Below are positions 24,934-33,558 of a stretch of 47,204 nt of DNA, piece after piece. This DNA is from Candidatus Dormiibacterota bacterium (lineage in GTDB: Bacteria; Chloroflexota; Dormibacteria; Dormibacterales; Dormibacteraceae): positions 1 through 47,204 of the forward strand of contig DASXBE010000017.1 of the NCBI GenBank assembly GCA_036491815.1, written 5' to 3'. Position numbers and translations under genes: made by a program. The first letter of the stretch is position 1, and every line of letters begins with the position of its first letter. Under the pieces are notes generated by a model that saw only the letters and a program-made list of their open reading frames with translations, did not search any database and was not told where the DNA came from.

Positions 24934-25932
24934 CTAGCTCTCGTGGCTGCGATTGCGCGCGGTGTGAACCACGGCCGCACCATCGCCGGCCGGCTGGCCG
25001 GCCCGAGTCATCTCCCGCACGGCATAGGTCGGGTGCTGCATGCTCCGCGCGTGCATCCGCGCGAGATACTCGCCGATGATGCCGAGCGAGAACAGCTGCG
25101 CCCCCGAGAAGATCGCGATCATCGAGGCGAGGAAGGAGAAGCCTGGCACCGAGCCCCCCTGGATCAGGTAACGGATCACCACGAAAAACAGGGCTGCGGT
25201 GCCGAAAACCGTGAACGCAAAGCCAATCAGGCTTGATACCTGCAGTGGCCAGGTGCTGAAGCCCGTGATCATGTTCAGCGCGTGCACGACGAGCTTGCGA
25301 AATGTGTAGTTCGAGACGCCCAACGTTCGCCGGTCGTGCTTGACGCTGACCGCGGTGAAGCGGGTCGTGCCCCAGGTCAGCAGCACGTCGATCGACACGT
25401 AGGGTCCGTCGTAGGCGGCGAAAGCATCGCGGATCCTCGTCCGGAACAAGCGGAACGGCCCCGCCTTCCGTGCAATCGGCGCGCCCATTGCTGACTGCAG
25501 GGCGATCTTGGTGACCTGGCTTGCCGCATCGCGCCACAGCCCGTGCGTTTCCTGGGCCGGCGAGCCGTACACGACATCCTTGTCGGGCGTGAGGTTGTCC
25601 AGCAGCTTGGGGATCTCCTCAGGAGGGTGCTGGAGGTCATCGTCAAGGGTGACGATCAGCTCATGTCGCGCGAGCCGGATCCCGCACAGCACAGCGTTGT
25701 GCTGGCCGTAGTTGCGCATCATGTGCACGCCCTTGACCCATGGGTTCTCCTGGGCAAGGCGCTCGATCACCGACCAGGTGCCGTCGCGACTTCCGTCGTC
25801 CACGATGATGAGCTCGTACTCGGTCGCGGCGGATTTCAGGACCGGGTTCAGCCGTCGAGCGAGCTCCTCCAGCGACAGCTCGCTGTTGTATGCGGGAACC
25901 ACCGCAGAGATGCTTGGACGGGTGCCTGCCAC
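24934..25932 (-). CDS. GT2 polyprenyl-phosphate glycosyltransferase (ArnC/GtrB/DPM1-like)
   Basis: ISAVVPAYNSE…ELIIVDDGSRDGT, NYGQHNA and VTLDDDLQHPPEEI, plus two C-terminal TM helices (…LIGFAFTVFGTAALFFVV…, …FLASMIAIFSGAQLFSLGIIGEY). The start codon is GTG. Confidence 0.85.
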   Translation of the reverse strand: MAGTRPSISAVVPAYNSELSLEELARRLNPVLKSAATEYELIIVDDGSRDGTWSVIERLAQENPWVKGVHMMRNYGQHNAVLCGIRLARHELIVTLDDDLQHPPEEIPKLLDNLTPDKDVVYGSPAQETHGLWRDAASQVTKIALQSAMGAPIARKAGPFRLFRTRIRDAFAAYDGPYVSIDVLLTWGTTRFTAVSVKHDRRTLGVSNYTFRKLVVHALNMITGFSTWPLQVSSLIGFAFTVFGTAALFFVVIRYLIQGGSVPGFSFLASMIAIFSGAQLFSLGIIGEYLARMHARSMQHPTYAVREMTRAGQPAGDGAAVVHTARNRSHES

Positions 25933-25953
25933 GATCGAGTTGAGGGTAACAAA

Positions 25954-26961
25954 CTAGGCGGTGGGTGGCCCAGCGGCCCCGCGGGCGCCGAAATAGGCAG
26001 CCTCGAGCGATTGCAGATGACGGGCGTAGCTGTGATTGCGCTCCGCCCAGGCTCTGCCCTGCTCCGACAGCCGCTTCAGCTCCGCCGGGTTGGATTTGAG
26101 CCGCGTGATCGCGGCGACGATCTCCTCCGGGCCGCTGACATTGACCACGGGCGGAGGATCGTCCGAGTAAAGGGCGCCGTCAACGGCGGCGATCAAAGGT
26201 CGCCCGGCCGCCAGAGCTTCGATTTCCATCAGCCCGAGCACGCCCTGCCGCATCTGTCCGATCACCGCGTCGAACGCACCGATAAAGCTCCAGATCTCGC
26301 GATGAGGCACCGGCGGCACAAACGTGACCCACGATCCGTACCTCCGGACATACTCGTGCGCCAGCGGGCCTGAGTCAAAGGCTGTCAGCTCGACCATCGC
26401 ACTCAGAGCCTCGACGGCGGGGAAGATCTGCTCGACGCCCTTCACGGCGTGCAGCCGGGTGAAGATGACCACCCTGCGTACATCTGACGGCGCCGGCACC
26501 ACCTCCGTGCCTGCCGGCAGACGAACCGGGTTGGGCAGGTAGACGAGCTTTTCCCCGAAACGATCGAGGTACGCGCGCAGGTTCGGCGTGACGTAGAACA
26601 CGGACTTCGCCCTCTCGAGCACGGCGCGTGTGACACGTCGATAGACCGGGTTATGCAGGTTGGCGTGGAGGTCAGACCCGTGGGCTTGCGCAAAAAACGT
26701 GCGGCCGGCCAGCACGCCGACGATGCCCTGGCTCAGGAAGTGGATGTGGATGACGTCGTACCGGCCTCGTCGCAGCTTCAAGGCGACGGGCAGATACGCG
26801 GCGAGCCTCACAGGAAGGGCGATCGCCTTGGCGGCCCGCCTCCAACCGGCCCCCCATTGGGGCAGCGCGACCTGGTCGACTTCATGGCCGGCCTCGCGGA
26901 GAAGCCCAGCCTGCACGGCCCCCACACCGGCGATGTCATGCACGATCGCGATTCGGGCCAT
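25954..26961 (-). CDS. GT-B fold glycosyltransferase (GT4/GT1-like)
   Basis: MARIAIVHD… N-terminus and HIHFLSQ. The C-terminal half has GLMEIEALAAGRPLIA (E-x7-E-type region). Confidence 0.75.
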   Translation of the reverse strand: MARIAIVHDIAGVGAVQAGLLREAGHEVDQVALPQWGAGWRRAAKAIALPVRLAAYLPVALKLRRGRYDVIHIHFLSQGIVGVLAGRTFFAQAHGSDLHANLHNPVYRRVTRAVLERAKSVFYVTPNLRAYLDRFGEKLVYLPNPVRLPAGTEVVPAPSDVRRVVIFTRLHAVKGVEQIFPAVEALSAMVELTAFDSGPLAHEYVRRYGSWVTFVPPVPHREIWSFIGAFDAVIGQMRQGVLGLMEIEALAAGRPLIAAVDGALYSDDPPPVVNVSGPEEIVAAITRLKSNPAELKRLSEQGRAWAERNHSYARHLQSLEAAYFGARGAAGPPTA

Positions 26962-27096
26962 TCAGCGTCCGCCCATTACAGGTCTCTGACACCCATCCCT
27001 TAAGCTTCAGGCATTAGCGCCATCGAGGCCGACGTTGCAACCACAGGCGCGATTCAGAAGCGCCCGCTGACCCCTCACCGAGTCGCCATCGGCTGT

Positions 27097-28293
27097 TTGG
27101 GTGTCACGGCCGCCCTGATGCCGCTCTACATCGCCCGGTGGAGGATCGGGCCGCTGCCCACCACCCTGCTCGAAGCCCTCATCGGCGTGACCGTGGTCGC
27201 CTACCTCGTCACGTTGTACTCGGAAAAGCGCCTACCCCGCGCGCGCACCCCGTATGACATCCCGATCATCCTGCTGCTGATCGCCGGAGTCATCGGCATT
27301 GTCGTCGCCCCCGACCATTTGAAGGCGCTCGGCACCTACCGGGCCTACTTCATCGAAGCGATCGTCTGCTTCTACATCGCGGTCGACCTGCTCCGGAGCC
27401 GAGCCGACATCACGACGTTTCTGCTGATCGCCGGCGCGGGGGTTTGCCTGATGGCGGTGGGCGAGCTCGCGGACTTCGCATACGCGGTCCAGCACCACAA
27501 CCTGGACCTCAGCGCCGCGCCTTCATTCCTCAACACGAGCGCGAATTCCGATGCCATGTATTTCGAGCCGCCGCTCGCCTTCGCCCTCGCCTTCACTCTG
27601 TTTCCGTCCCGGCCACGAGAGCGCTGGGTAGCCGGAGCCGGCCTCGTGCTGATCTTCGCGGCGTTCATCGCGTCGCTGTCGCGCGCCTCGTTCCTGGCCC
27701 TCGCCATCCTGGTTGCGGTGCTGGTGCTCAGCGCCAGGAGCCTGCGCTGGCGCCTGCGCGCACTTGCCGGTGCGTTCGTGGTGGCTCTGGTGGTGCTCGA
27801 GATTCCTTTCGTCAATCGGCGGTTCTTGACCTTCGCCGACTCCGTGACCAACCGCGAGTCCATCTACAAGCAGACGGTCCGGATGCTCGAGCAGTTCCCC
27901 ATATTCGGTGCTGGGCTGGATGGGTTTGGGACCCGCGTGGCGCCATACCGGCCGGCGGGGCAGATCATCCAGATCTACCCGCATGACATCTGGCTGACGT
28001 TCTGGAGCGAGCTCGGCCTCCTGGGCCTGGTCGCGTTCGCGCTGATCTTCTTCGGCCTGCTCTGGCGCGCTGTCAAAACTCTCCCCTTCGCGACCGACAT
28101 CTACCGGCCGCTCCTGTGGGGTGCGATCGGCGCCCTGATCCTCTACACGGTCCACGGCCTCTTTGACTCGCCCTACTGGAAGAACGACCTGAGCGTCGAG
28201 TTCTGGCTGCTGGCGGCCCTACAGGTCGTCGCGGTGCGCGCGACCAGGCTTCGGGTGGCCGACACCTCCAAGGGTCCCGCCGCTGCCCCATAG
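27097..28293 (+). CDS. O-antigen ligase family (Wzy_C) polytopic membrane protein
   Basis: IASLSRASFLALAILVAV, FGAGLDGFG and YPHDIWLTFWSELGLLGL are typical of Wzy_C. The start codon is TTG. The 3' end overlaps the convergent oxidoreductase gene by 75 nt. Confidence 0.8.
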   Translation: MGVTAALMPLYIARWRIGPLPTTLLEALIGVTVVAYLVTLYSEKRLPRARTPYDIPIILLLIAGVIGIVVAPDHLKALGTYRAYFIEAIVCFYIAVDLLRSRADITTFLLIAGAGVCLMAVGELADFAYAVQHHNLDLSAAPSFLNTSANSDAMYFEPPLAFALAFTLFPSRPRERWVAGAGLVLIFAAFIASLSRASFLALAILVAVLVLSARSLRWRLRALAGAFVVALVVLEIPFVNRRFLTFADSVTNRESIYKQTVRMLEQFPIFGAGLDGFGTRVAPYRPAGQIIQIYPHDIWLTFWSELGLLGLVAFALIFFGLLWRAVKTLPFATDIYRPLLWGAIGALILYTVHGLFDSPYWKNDLSVEFWLLAALQVVAVRATRLRVADTSKGPAAAP

Positions 28294-29295
28294 CGCGTCG
28301 AGCTCCGGCTTGGCGATGACTCGGGATCCCGTGGCGGACGTGACGAGCGCCAGCGCCAGGTGCAGGGCGCGCAGGCCGGCCTCACCGTCCACCTCGACCG
28401 GGTGCTGCCCCCTGACCGCCTGAAGGAACGACTCGAGCTCCAACCGAAGAGGCTCCGCCTGTTTGATCGGGAACGTGACCGCCTCGCCCTCGGTGACCGC
28501 GCGGGGTTTGCCGGTCGCGCCCGAAAGGGGCATGTCGGCGTTCTTGTAGTGAGTCAGCTCCTGCGTCAGGTAGTTGCACACGAACATTCCGCGCTCGCCC
28601 AGCACGCTCAGCTCGCGGATCTTGGTCGGCGTCAGCCAGTTGACCTGCAGCACGCCGAGCACCCCGCTCTCGAACTTGAGCAGCGCGTTGAGGATGTCCT
28701 CATGGTCCGTGTGGATCCGCTGCTCGGTTTCCGCGTACAGCCGCTCCACCTCAGAGCCCGCGATGCGGTGCATCACATCGAGGTCATGAGTCGCGAGGTC
28801 GATCACGACGCCGACATCCCGAATCCGAGCCGGAAAGGGTCCGAGGCGGCGAGCCTGGACCTGGAAGATCCTTCCGATCTCCCCGGCTGAAACACGAAGC
28901 TGAAGCTCCCGGACCGCGGGATTGAATCTCTCGATGTGACCGACCGAGAAGATGCGATCCGCATCGCGCGCGGCCGCGATCAGCTCCCGCCCCTGCTCGA
29001 GGTTGGTGGCGATGGGCTTCTCGACCAGTGTGTGCACACCATGGTTCAGCGCGGCCACCCCCGCTTCCAGGTGGAAGCGCGTCGGCACGGCGATGACCGC
29101 GGCATCCGGCTGCTGGGCTTCCAGCAGCTCGGTCCACGACGTGTAGCCGGGGACGGAATGCCGGTGGCTCACCGAGTCGACCACGCCCTGGTCCTGGTCG
29201 CAGACTGCCACGAGCTCCGCGCCCTCGAGGTCCGTCAACACCCGCAGGTGGTTCCGGCCCATCGCTCCGAGTCCGTTGAGCGCGACGCGCGTCAC
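28219..29295 (-). CDS. Gfo/Idh/MocA-family oxidoreductase (WbpB-like UDP-sugar 3-dehydrogenase candidate)
   Basis: RVALNGLGAMGRNHLRVL Rossmann motif, VEKPIA (EKP motif) and GHIERFNPA. It lies directly downstream of, and overlaps by 4 nt, a WbpE-like aminotransferase gene. Confidence 0.85.
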   Translation of the reverse strand: MTRVALNGLGAMGRNHLRVLTDLEGAELVAVCDQDQGVVDSVSHRHSVPGYTSWTELLEAQQPDAAVIAVPTRFHLEAGVAALNHGVHTLVEKPIATNLEQGRELIAAARDADRIFSVGHIERFNPAVRELQLRVSAGEIGRIFQVQARRLGPFPARIRDVGVVIDLATHDLDVMHRIAGSEVERLYAETEQRIHTDHEDILNALLKFESGVLGVLQVNWLTPTKIRELSVLGERGMFVCNYLTQELTHYKNADMPLSGATGKPRAVTEGEAVTFPIKQAEPLRLELESFLQAVRGQHPVEVDGEAGLRALHLALALVTSATGSRVIAKPELDALWGSGGTLGGVGHPKPGRAHRDDL

Positions 29296-30398
29296 GCGGT
29301 CGACGCGACCTTTCGCACCGAGTCGACGATCCGGTCGAGGTCCGCGTCGCTGAGCGCCGGGTGGACCGGCAACGAAAGGACATGGTCAGCCGCCTCTTCG
29401 GAGACTGGCATCGAGACGCCGCCGTACCCGAGCTCCCGGTACAGCGGCTGGCGGTGCACGGGCACCGCGTAGTGAATCGCCGTGCCGACGCCGAGCTCGC
29501 GCAGGCGGGCTTGAAACCGGTCGCGGTCGCCCTCGACGCGCACCGTGTACTGGTGATACACATGAGTGCAGCCGGGACGCTCGACGGGCGTGACCACGCC
29601 CGGGACGCCGGCGAGGCCCTCGTCAAGCACCGTGGCGTTGCGCCGCCGCGCCTGGTTGAAGCGGTCCAGCTTCGCTAGCTGTGCGCGACCGATCGCGGCC
29701 GCCAGGTCGGTCATCCGAAAGTTGTAGCCGAGAAGGTCATGGTGATACCGCTCGCTCGCACCATGCTGACGCAGCATCGTCACCTCGTCGGCGATCCGAT
29801 CGTCATCGGTCGTCACCATTCCGCCCTCGCCGGTGGTCATGTTCTTGGTCGGGTAGAACGAGAAGGAGGCCGGCGCCCCCAGGGCCCCCGCTTTCCTGCC
29901 CGCGATGGCGGCGCCATGCGCCTGGCACGCGTCCTCGATCAACACGAGCTGATGACTCGTTGCGATCTCCCTCAGGTCATCCATCGCCGCCGGGTGGCCA
30001 TACAGGTCGACCGGCATGATCGCGCGAGTCCTCGGCGTGATGGCCGCCTCCACCTTCGTCGGATCCAGGCAGTAGGTGTCCTTGTCGATGTCGGCGAACA
30101 CGGGCTTCGCTCCCACGAAGAGCGCGGCATTCGGCGAGGCGATGAACGTGAACGGGCTGGTGATGAGCTCGTCACCGGGCTTGATCCCGTGGGCCAGCAT
30201 CAGCAGGTGCAGTGCGGCGGTGCCGGAGTTGACGGCGACGGCGCGCTTCACTCCGCACCAGCCTGCGAACTCGCGCTCGAACGCCTCGACCACCGGCCCC
30301 TGCGCCAGCTGGCCACTTGCGAGCACCGCCATGACCGCCTGCTTCTCCTCGTCGCCGATCTGAGGGGCGGCGACCGAGATCGATTTCAGCGTGTCCAC
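29292..30398 (-). CDS. DegT-family PLP-dependent sugar aminotransferase (WbpE-like candidate)
   Basis: GDELITSPFTFIAS, LIEDACQAHGA, the catalytic Lys in SFYPTKNMTTGEGG, and YNFRMTDLAAAIG. The start codon is GTG at 30398. Confidence 0.9.
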   Translation of the reverse strand: MDTLKSISVAAPQIGDEEKQAVMAVLASGQLAQGPVVEAFEREFAGWCGVKRAVAVNSGTAALHLLMLAHGIKPGDELITSPFTFIASPNAALFVGAKPVFADIDKDTYCLDPTKVEAAITPRTRAIMPVDLYGHPAAMDDLREIATSHQLVLIEDACQAHGAAIAGRKAGALGAPASFSFYPTKNMTTGEGGMVTTDDDRIADEVTMLRQHGASERYHHDLLGYNFRMTDLAAAIGRAQLAKLDRFNQARRRNATVLDEGLAGVPGVVTPVERPGCTHVYHQYTVRVEGDRDRFQARLRELGVGTAIHYAVPVHRQPLYRELGYGGVSMPVSEEAADHVLSLPVHPALSDADLDRIVDSVRKVASTA

Positions 30399-30410
30399 GG
30401 TAAATCCATG

Positions 30411-31478
30411 TTATGTCGTGCGGGTCGCCGCACGGAGCGATTCCACGATCCGTGGCGCGGCATCGCCACTTCCGAACAGGTCGGGCCGCGGGCCTTCAGG
30501 TCGGAAGGAGCGCATGGCCTCCGCGATCGCGCGCGGGTCAATCCCAACCAGCACGTTCCAGCCGGCGTCCACCGTCTCGGTCCACTCCGTCCGGTCCCGC
30601 AGCGTGATGCACGGCCGGCCCGCGAAGTAGGCCTCCTTCTGCACCCCCCCGGAGTCGGTGACGATGGCGTCGGCGTTCTCCTCGAGCACCAGCATCTCGA
30701 GGTAACCCACGGGCTCGACGATCATCACGTTCGCGGCGGCCTCCAGTCCCCTCCCCGTGAGCGCGGCACGGGTTCGCGGGTGGACCGGAAACACGACGCG
30801 TCTTTCCGAGGCGGCGACGCCCTCGAGGATGCGCTCGAGGTGCTCGCTCCCGTCAACGTTTTCCGCCCGGTGGACGGTCAGGAGCTGATACCTCCCTCTT
30901 TCCAGGCCGAGGTCGGCCAGGATCGTGGTCTGCTCCCGCGCCAGCGCGAGGTTCTGCTGGAAGGCGTCGAGCATGACGTCTCCCACCAGCACCACACCCT
31001 GGGTGATCCCCTCTCGCTCGAGATTGGCCACGGCCGTCTCGGTCGGGCACAGCAGCAGGGCGCTCACGTGGTCGGCCACGACCCGATTGACCTCCTCCGG
31101 CATGCGCCGGTCATAGCTGCGCAGCCCGGCTTCGACGTGGGCGACCGGAATGTGGAGCTTGGCGCCCACCAGGGCCCCGGCGAGCGTGGAGTTCGTGTCG
31201 CCGTAGACGAGCAGCCAGTCCGGCCCATACTCCACGGCGGCCGCTTCGATCCCCTGGAGCATGGCGCCTGTCTGAGCCCCGTGGGAACCTGAGCCCACCC
31301 CAAGGTTGACGTCGGGCGCCGGCAGCTCGAGCTGGCGAAAGAAGAGGTCCGACATGGCGTCGTCGTAGTGCTGTCCGGTATGGACGAGGAACTGATCGTT
31401 TCCTTGTCGAAGCATGCGAGACACGGGCGCTGCCTTGATGAACTGGGGCCGGGCGCCCAGGACGGTCATCACCCTCAT
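30411..31478 (-). CDS. wecB: UDP-N-acetylglucosamine 2-epimerase (non-hydrolysing)
   Basis: VLGARPQFIKAAPV, HTGQHYD, GDTNSTLAGAL, HVEAGLRS, PEEVNR and DSGGVQKEA. ATG at 31478 is preferred (31469 is the alternative); the longer ORF up to 31598 would overlap the divergent gene. Confidence 0.92.
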   Translation of the reverse strand: MRVMTVLGARPQFIKAAPVSRMLRQGNDQFLVHTGQHYDDAMSDLFFRQLELPAPDVNLGVGSGSHGAQTGAMLQGIEAAAVEYGPDWLLVYGDTNSTLAGALVGAKLHIPVAHVEAGLRSYDRRMPEEVNRVVADHVSALLLCPTETAVANLEREGITQGVVLVGDVMLDAFQQNLALAREQTTILADLGLERGRYQLLTVHRAENVDGSEHLERILEGVAASERRVVFPVHPRTRAALTGRGLEAAANVMIVEPVGYLEMLVLEENADAIVTDSGGVQKEAYFAGRPCITLRDRTEWTETVDAGWNVLVGIDPRAIAEAMRSFRPEGPRPDLFGSGDAAPRIVESLRAATRTT

Positions 31479-31557
31479 GCGCCGAGCATCCGCCCGATGG
31501 AGTCTACCAAGCCGCCTTGCGGCGCCATCCCCCACGCACACCGCGACGAACACGACG

Positions 31558-32811
31558 ATGTCGTCGGTCAGGGGGCCGCTGCGGGTCGCCTTCCTCACTC
31601 ACTACTTTCCCCCCGAGATCGGAGCTCCGCAGGCGCGCATCTTCGAGCTGGCGCGCCGGCTGAGCAGGGGCGGTGACGACGTCACGGTCCTGACAGGTTT
31701 TCCGAACTACCCGACCGGAGTCGTCCACGAAGGCTATCGAGGGCGCTTCGCGATGGAAGAGAACATGGACGGTGTGCGAGTGATCAGGCGGTGGATCTTC
31801 GCGACGCCCAATGCAGGATTCGCGAAACGCATCCTCAACCACCTGTCATTCGCACTCTCGAGCCTGACGGCCTGGCGCGCGCTCGGACCGGTGGATGTGC
31901 TCATCGTCGAGTCACCGCCACTCTTCACCGGCCTGGCCGCGCTTGCCTTGTCGCGCCTGAAGAGGGCTCCGTTCATATTCAACGTCAGTGACGTGTGGCC
32001 CCAGTCGGCGGTCGAGCTGGGGATGCTGCGGCAGCCCACCGCGATCCGGATCGCTGAGGCGCTGGAGTGGCACCTCTATGAACGGGCGGCGCGCGTCACC
32101 GTGCCGACAGCTGGGATCCTCGAAGGGCTGGTGGCGCGCGGGTTGCCGCGCCGGAAGGTCTTCCACCTGACGAACGGTGTCGACGTGGACATCTACCAGC
32201 CGGGGGCCAGGGATTCCGCCCTCGCCGAGAGCCTGGGGAGCGAATTCGGTGCGAGCGGCCGCAAGCTGTTCGTCTACGCCGGCACGCATGGCCTCGCCCA
32301 GGGCCTTGACGTCATCCTCGAGGCGGCGAGGGCGACTCGCAATCCGGAGGTGCTCTACGTCCTCGTCGGTGAGGGTGCGGACAAAGACGCGCTCATGCGC
32401 AAGGCACGCGAGCAGCGCATCGACAACGTCGTCTTCCTGCCCAACCAGCCGAAGGCGTCCATGCCGGGGCTTTTGAACCTGGCCTACGCCGCGCTGATCA
32501 CGTTGAAGCCACTCGACGTTTTCAGGTCGGCGCTGCCGACCAAAATGTTCGAGGCCATGGCCGCCGGCCGCCCGATCATCGCGTCCGTCTCGGGCGAAGC
32601 GGCCGATGTCGTGCTGGCTGCGGGTTGCGGGCTGGTGACCGAGCCAGGTGACCCTGTGGCGTTCCGCAACGCGGTCGAAGCGCTCGCGTCGGACCCCGAC
32701 CGCGCTCGCGAGATGGGCTTGAGGGGCCGCGAGCACGCGGTCGAGCACTTTGACCGCCGCGCCATCGTCGCCCAGCTTCGCGAGCTGCTCCGGACCACGG
32801 TGGCCGCATGA
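31558..32811 (+). CDS. GT4 glycosyltransferase (WbuB-like), second copy
   Basis: RVAFLTHYFPPEIGAPQARIFELA, FNVSDVWPQSAVELG and PTKMFEAMAAGRPIIA. ATG at 31558, divergent from wecB. Confidence 0.85.
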   Translation: MSSVRGPLRVAFLTHYFPPEIGAPQARIFELARRLSRGGDDVTVLTGFPNYPTGVVHEGYRGRFAMEENMDGVRVIRRWIFATPNAGFAKRILNHLSFALSSLTAWRALGPVDVLIVESPPLFTGLAALALSRLKRAPFIFNVSDVWPQSAVELGMLRQPTAIRIAEALEWHLYERAARVTVPTAGILEGLVARGLPRRKVFHLTNGVDVDIYQPGARDSALAESLGSEFGASGRKLFVYAGTHGLAQGLDVILEAARATRNPEVLYVLVGEGADKDALMRKAREQRIDNVVFLPNQPKASMPGLLNLAYAALITLKPLDVFRSALPTKMFEAMAAGRPIIASVSGEAADVVLAAGCGLVTEPGDPVAFRNAVEALASDPDRAREMGLRGREHAVEHFDRRAIVAQLRELLRTTVAA

Positions 32812-32874
32812 GCCCGATGAGGGCCCGCCGGCTCTAGGTGAGCGCCGCCGGGGAAACGTTCTCTGGTTGGGACC

Positions 32875-33558
32875 ATGGAGATTCAGCACAGGGGTCGGCC
32901 CTGGGTCAAACGATCGCGGGAGGCCCGGCTCGCCTGGAGCCGGCGCAGGCGCATCGAACGCGCGTTTGACATCACGGCAAGCCTGGTCGGGCTCGTGGTG
33001 AGCTCGCCCGTAATGCTCGCCGCCGCCGTCGCGATCAAGCTGGAGTCGCAGGGGCCGGTGATTTACAACGGGCCCCGCGTCGGTAGGAACGGAGAGGTCT
33101 TCACCATCCACAAGCTGCGGTCGATGCGCAACGGCGCCGACCACGACGGCCCCGCGGTGACGGGCGCGGACGACGCCCGCGTGACCAGGGTTGGCCGGAT
33201 CCTGCGCCGGACGAAGCTCGATGAGCTTCCACAGCTGGTCAACGTGCTGAAAGGCGAGATGAGCCTGGTGGGGCCGCGGCCCGAACACCCTGACTACGTC
33301 GAGCACTACACCGACGAGCAGCGGCGGTTGCTGCGCTTCCGGCCGGGTCTGACCGGTCCCGCGACACTTGACTACATCGACGAAGAGGATGAGCTCAAGG
33401 GCGGCGCGCCCGAGGAGACATACCTGAACGATGTGCTGCCGAAGAAGCTGGACATCGAGCTGAGCTACGTGCCCGAGGCCAGCCCCACCAACTACCTGAA
33501 GATCCTCCTCCGGACGATCGCACTGGTGATTCGCCGGCCGTTCAGGGCCACGTTCTAG
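32875..33558 (+). CDS. Small monotopic phosphoglycosyl transferase (PglC-like), copy 2
   Basis: [22 protein letters not shown]…[11 protein letters not shown]…FTIHKLRSM…[22 protein letters not shown]. Confidence 0.9.
   Translation: MEIQHRGRPWVKRSREARLAWSRRRRIERAFDITASLVGLVVSSPVMLAAAVAIKLESQGPVIYNGPRVGRNGEVFTIHKLRSMRNGADHDGPAVTGADDARVTRVGRILRRTKLDELPQLVNVLKGEMSLVGPRPEHPDYVEHYTDEQRRLLRFRPGLTGPATLDYIDEEDELKGGAPEETYLNDVLPKKLDIELSYVPEASPTNYLKILLRTIALVIRRPFRATF

Noticed and set aside
31912-33306. 464-aa minus-strand ORF opposite the GT4 and PGT genes, and similarly 36043..37881 (plus, 612 aa) opposite the capD-like gene
   Set aside because: Both lie opposite genes with strong family motifs. Their translations are low-complexity R/G/P/D/H-rich without recognisable domains.
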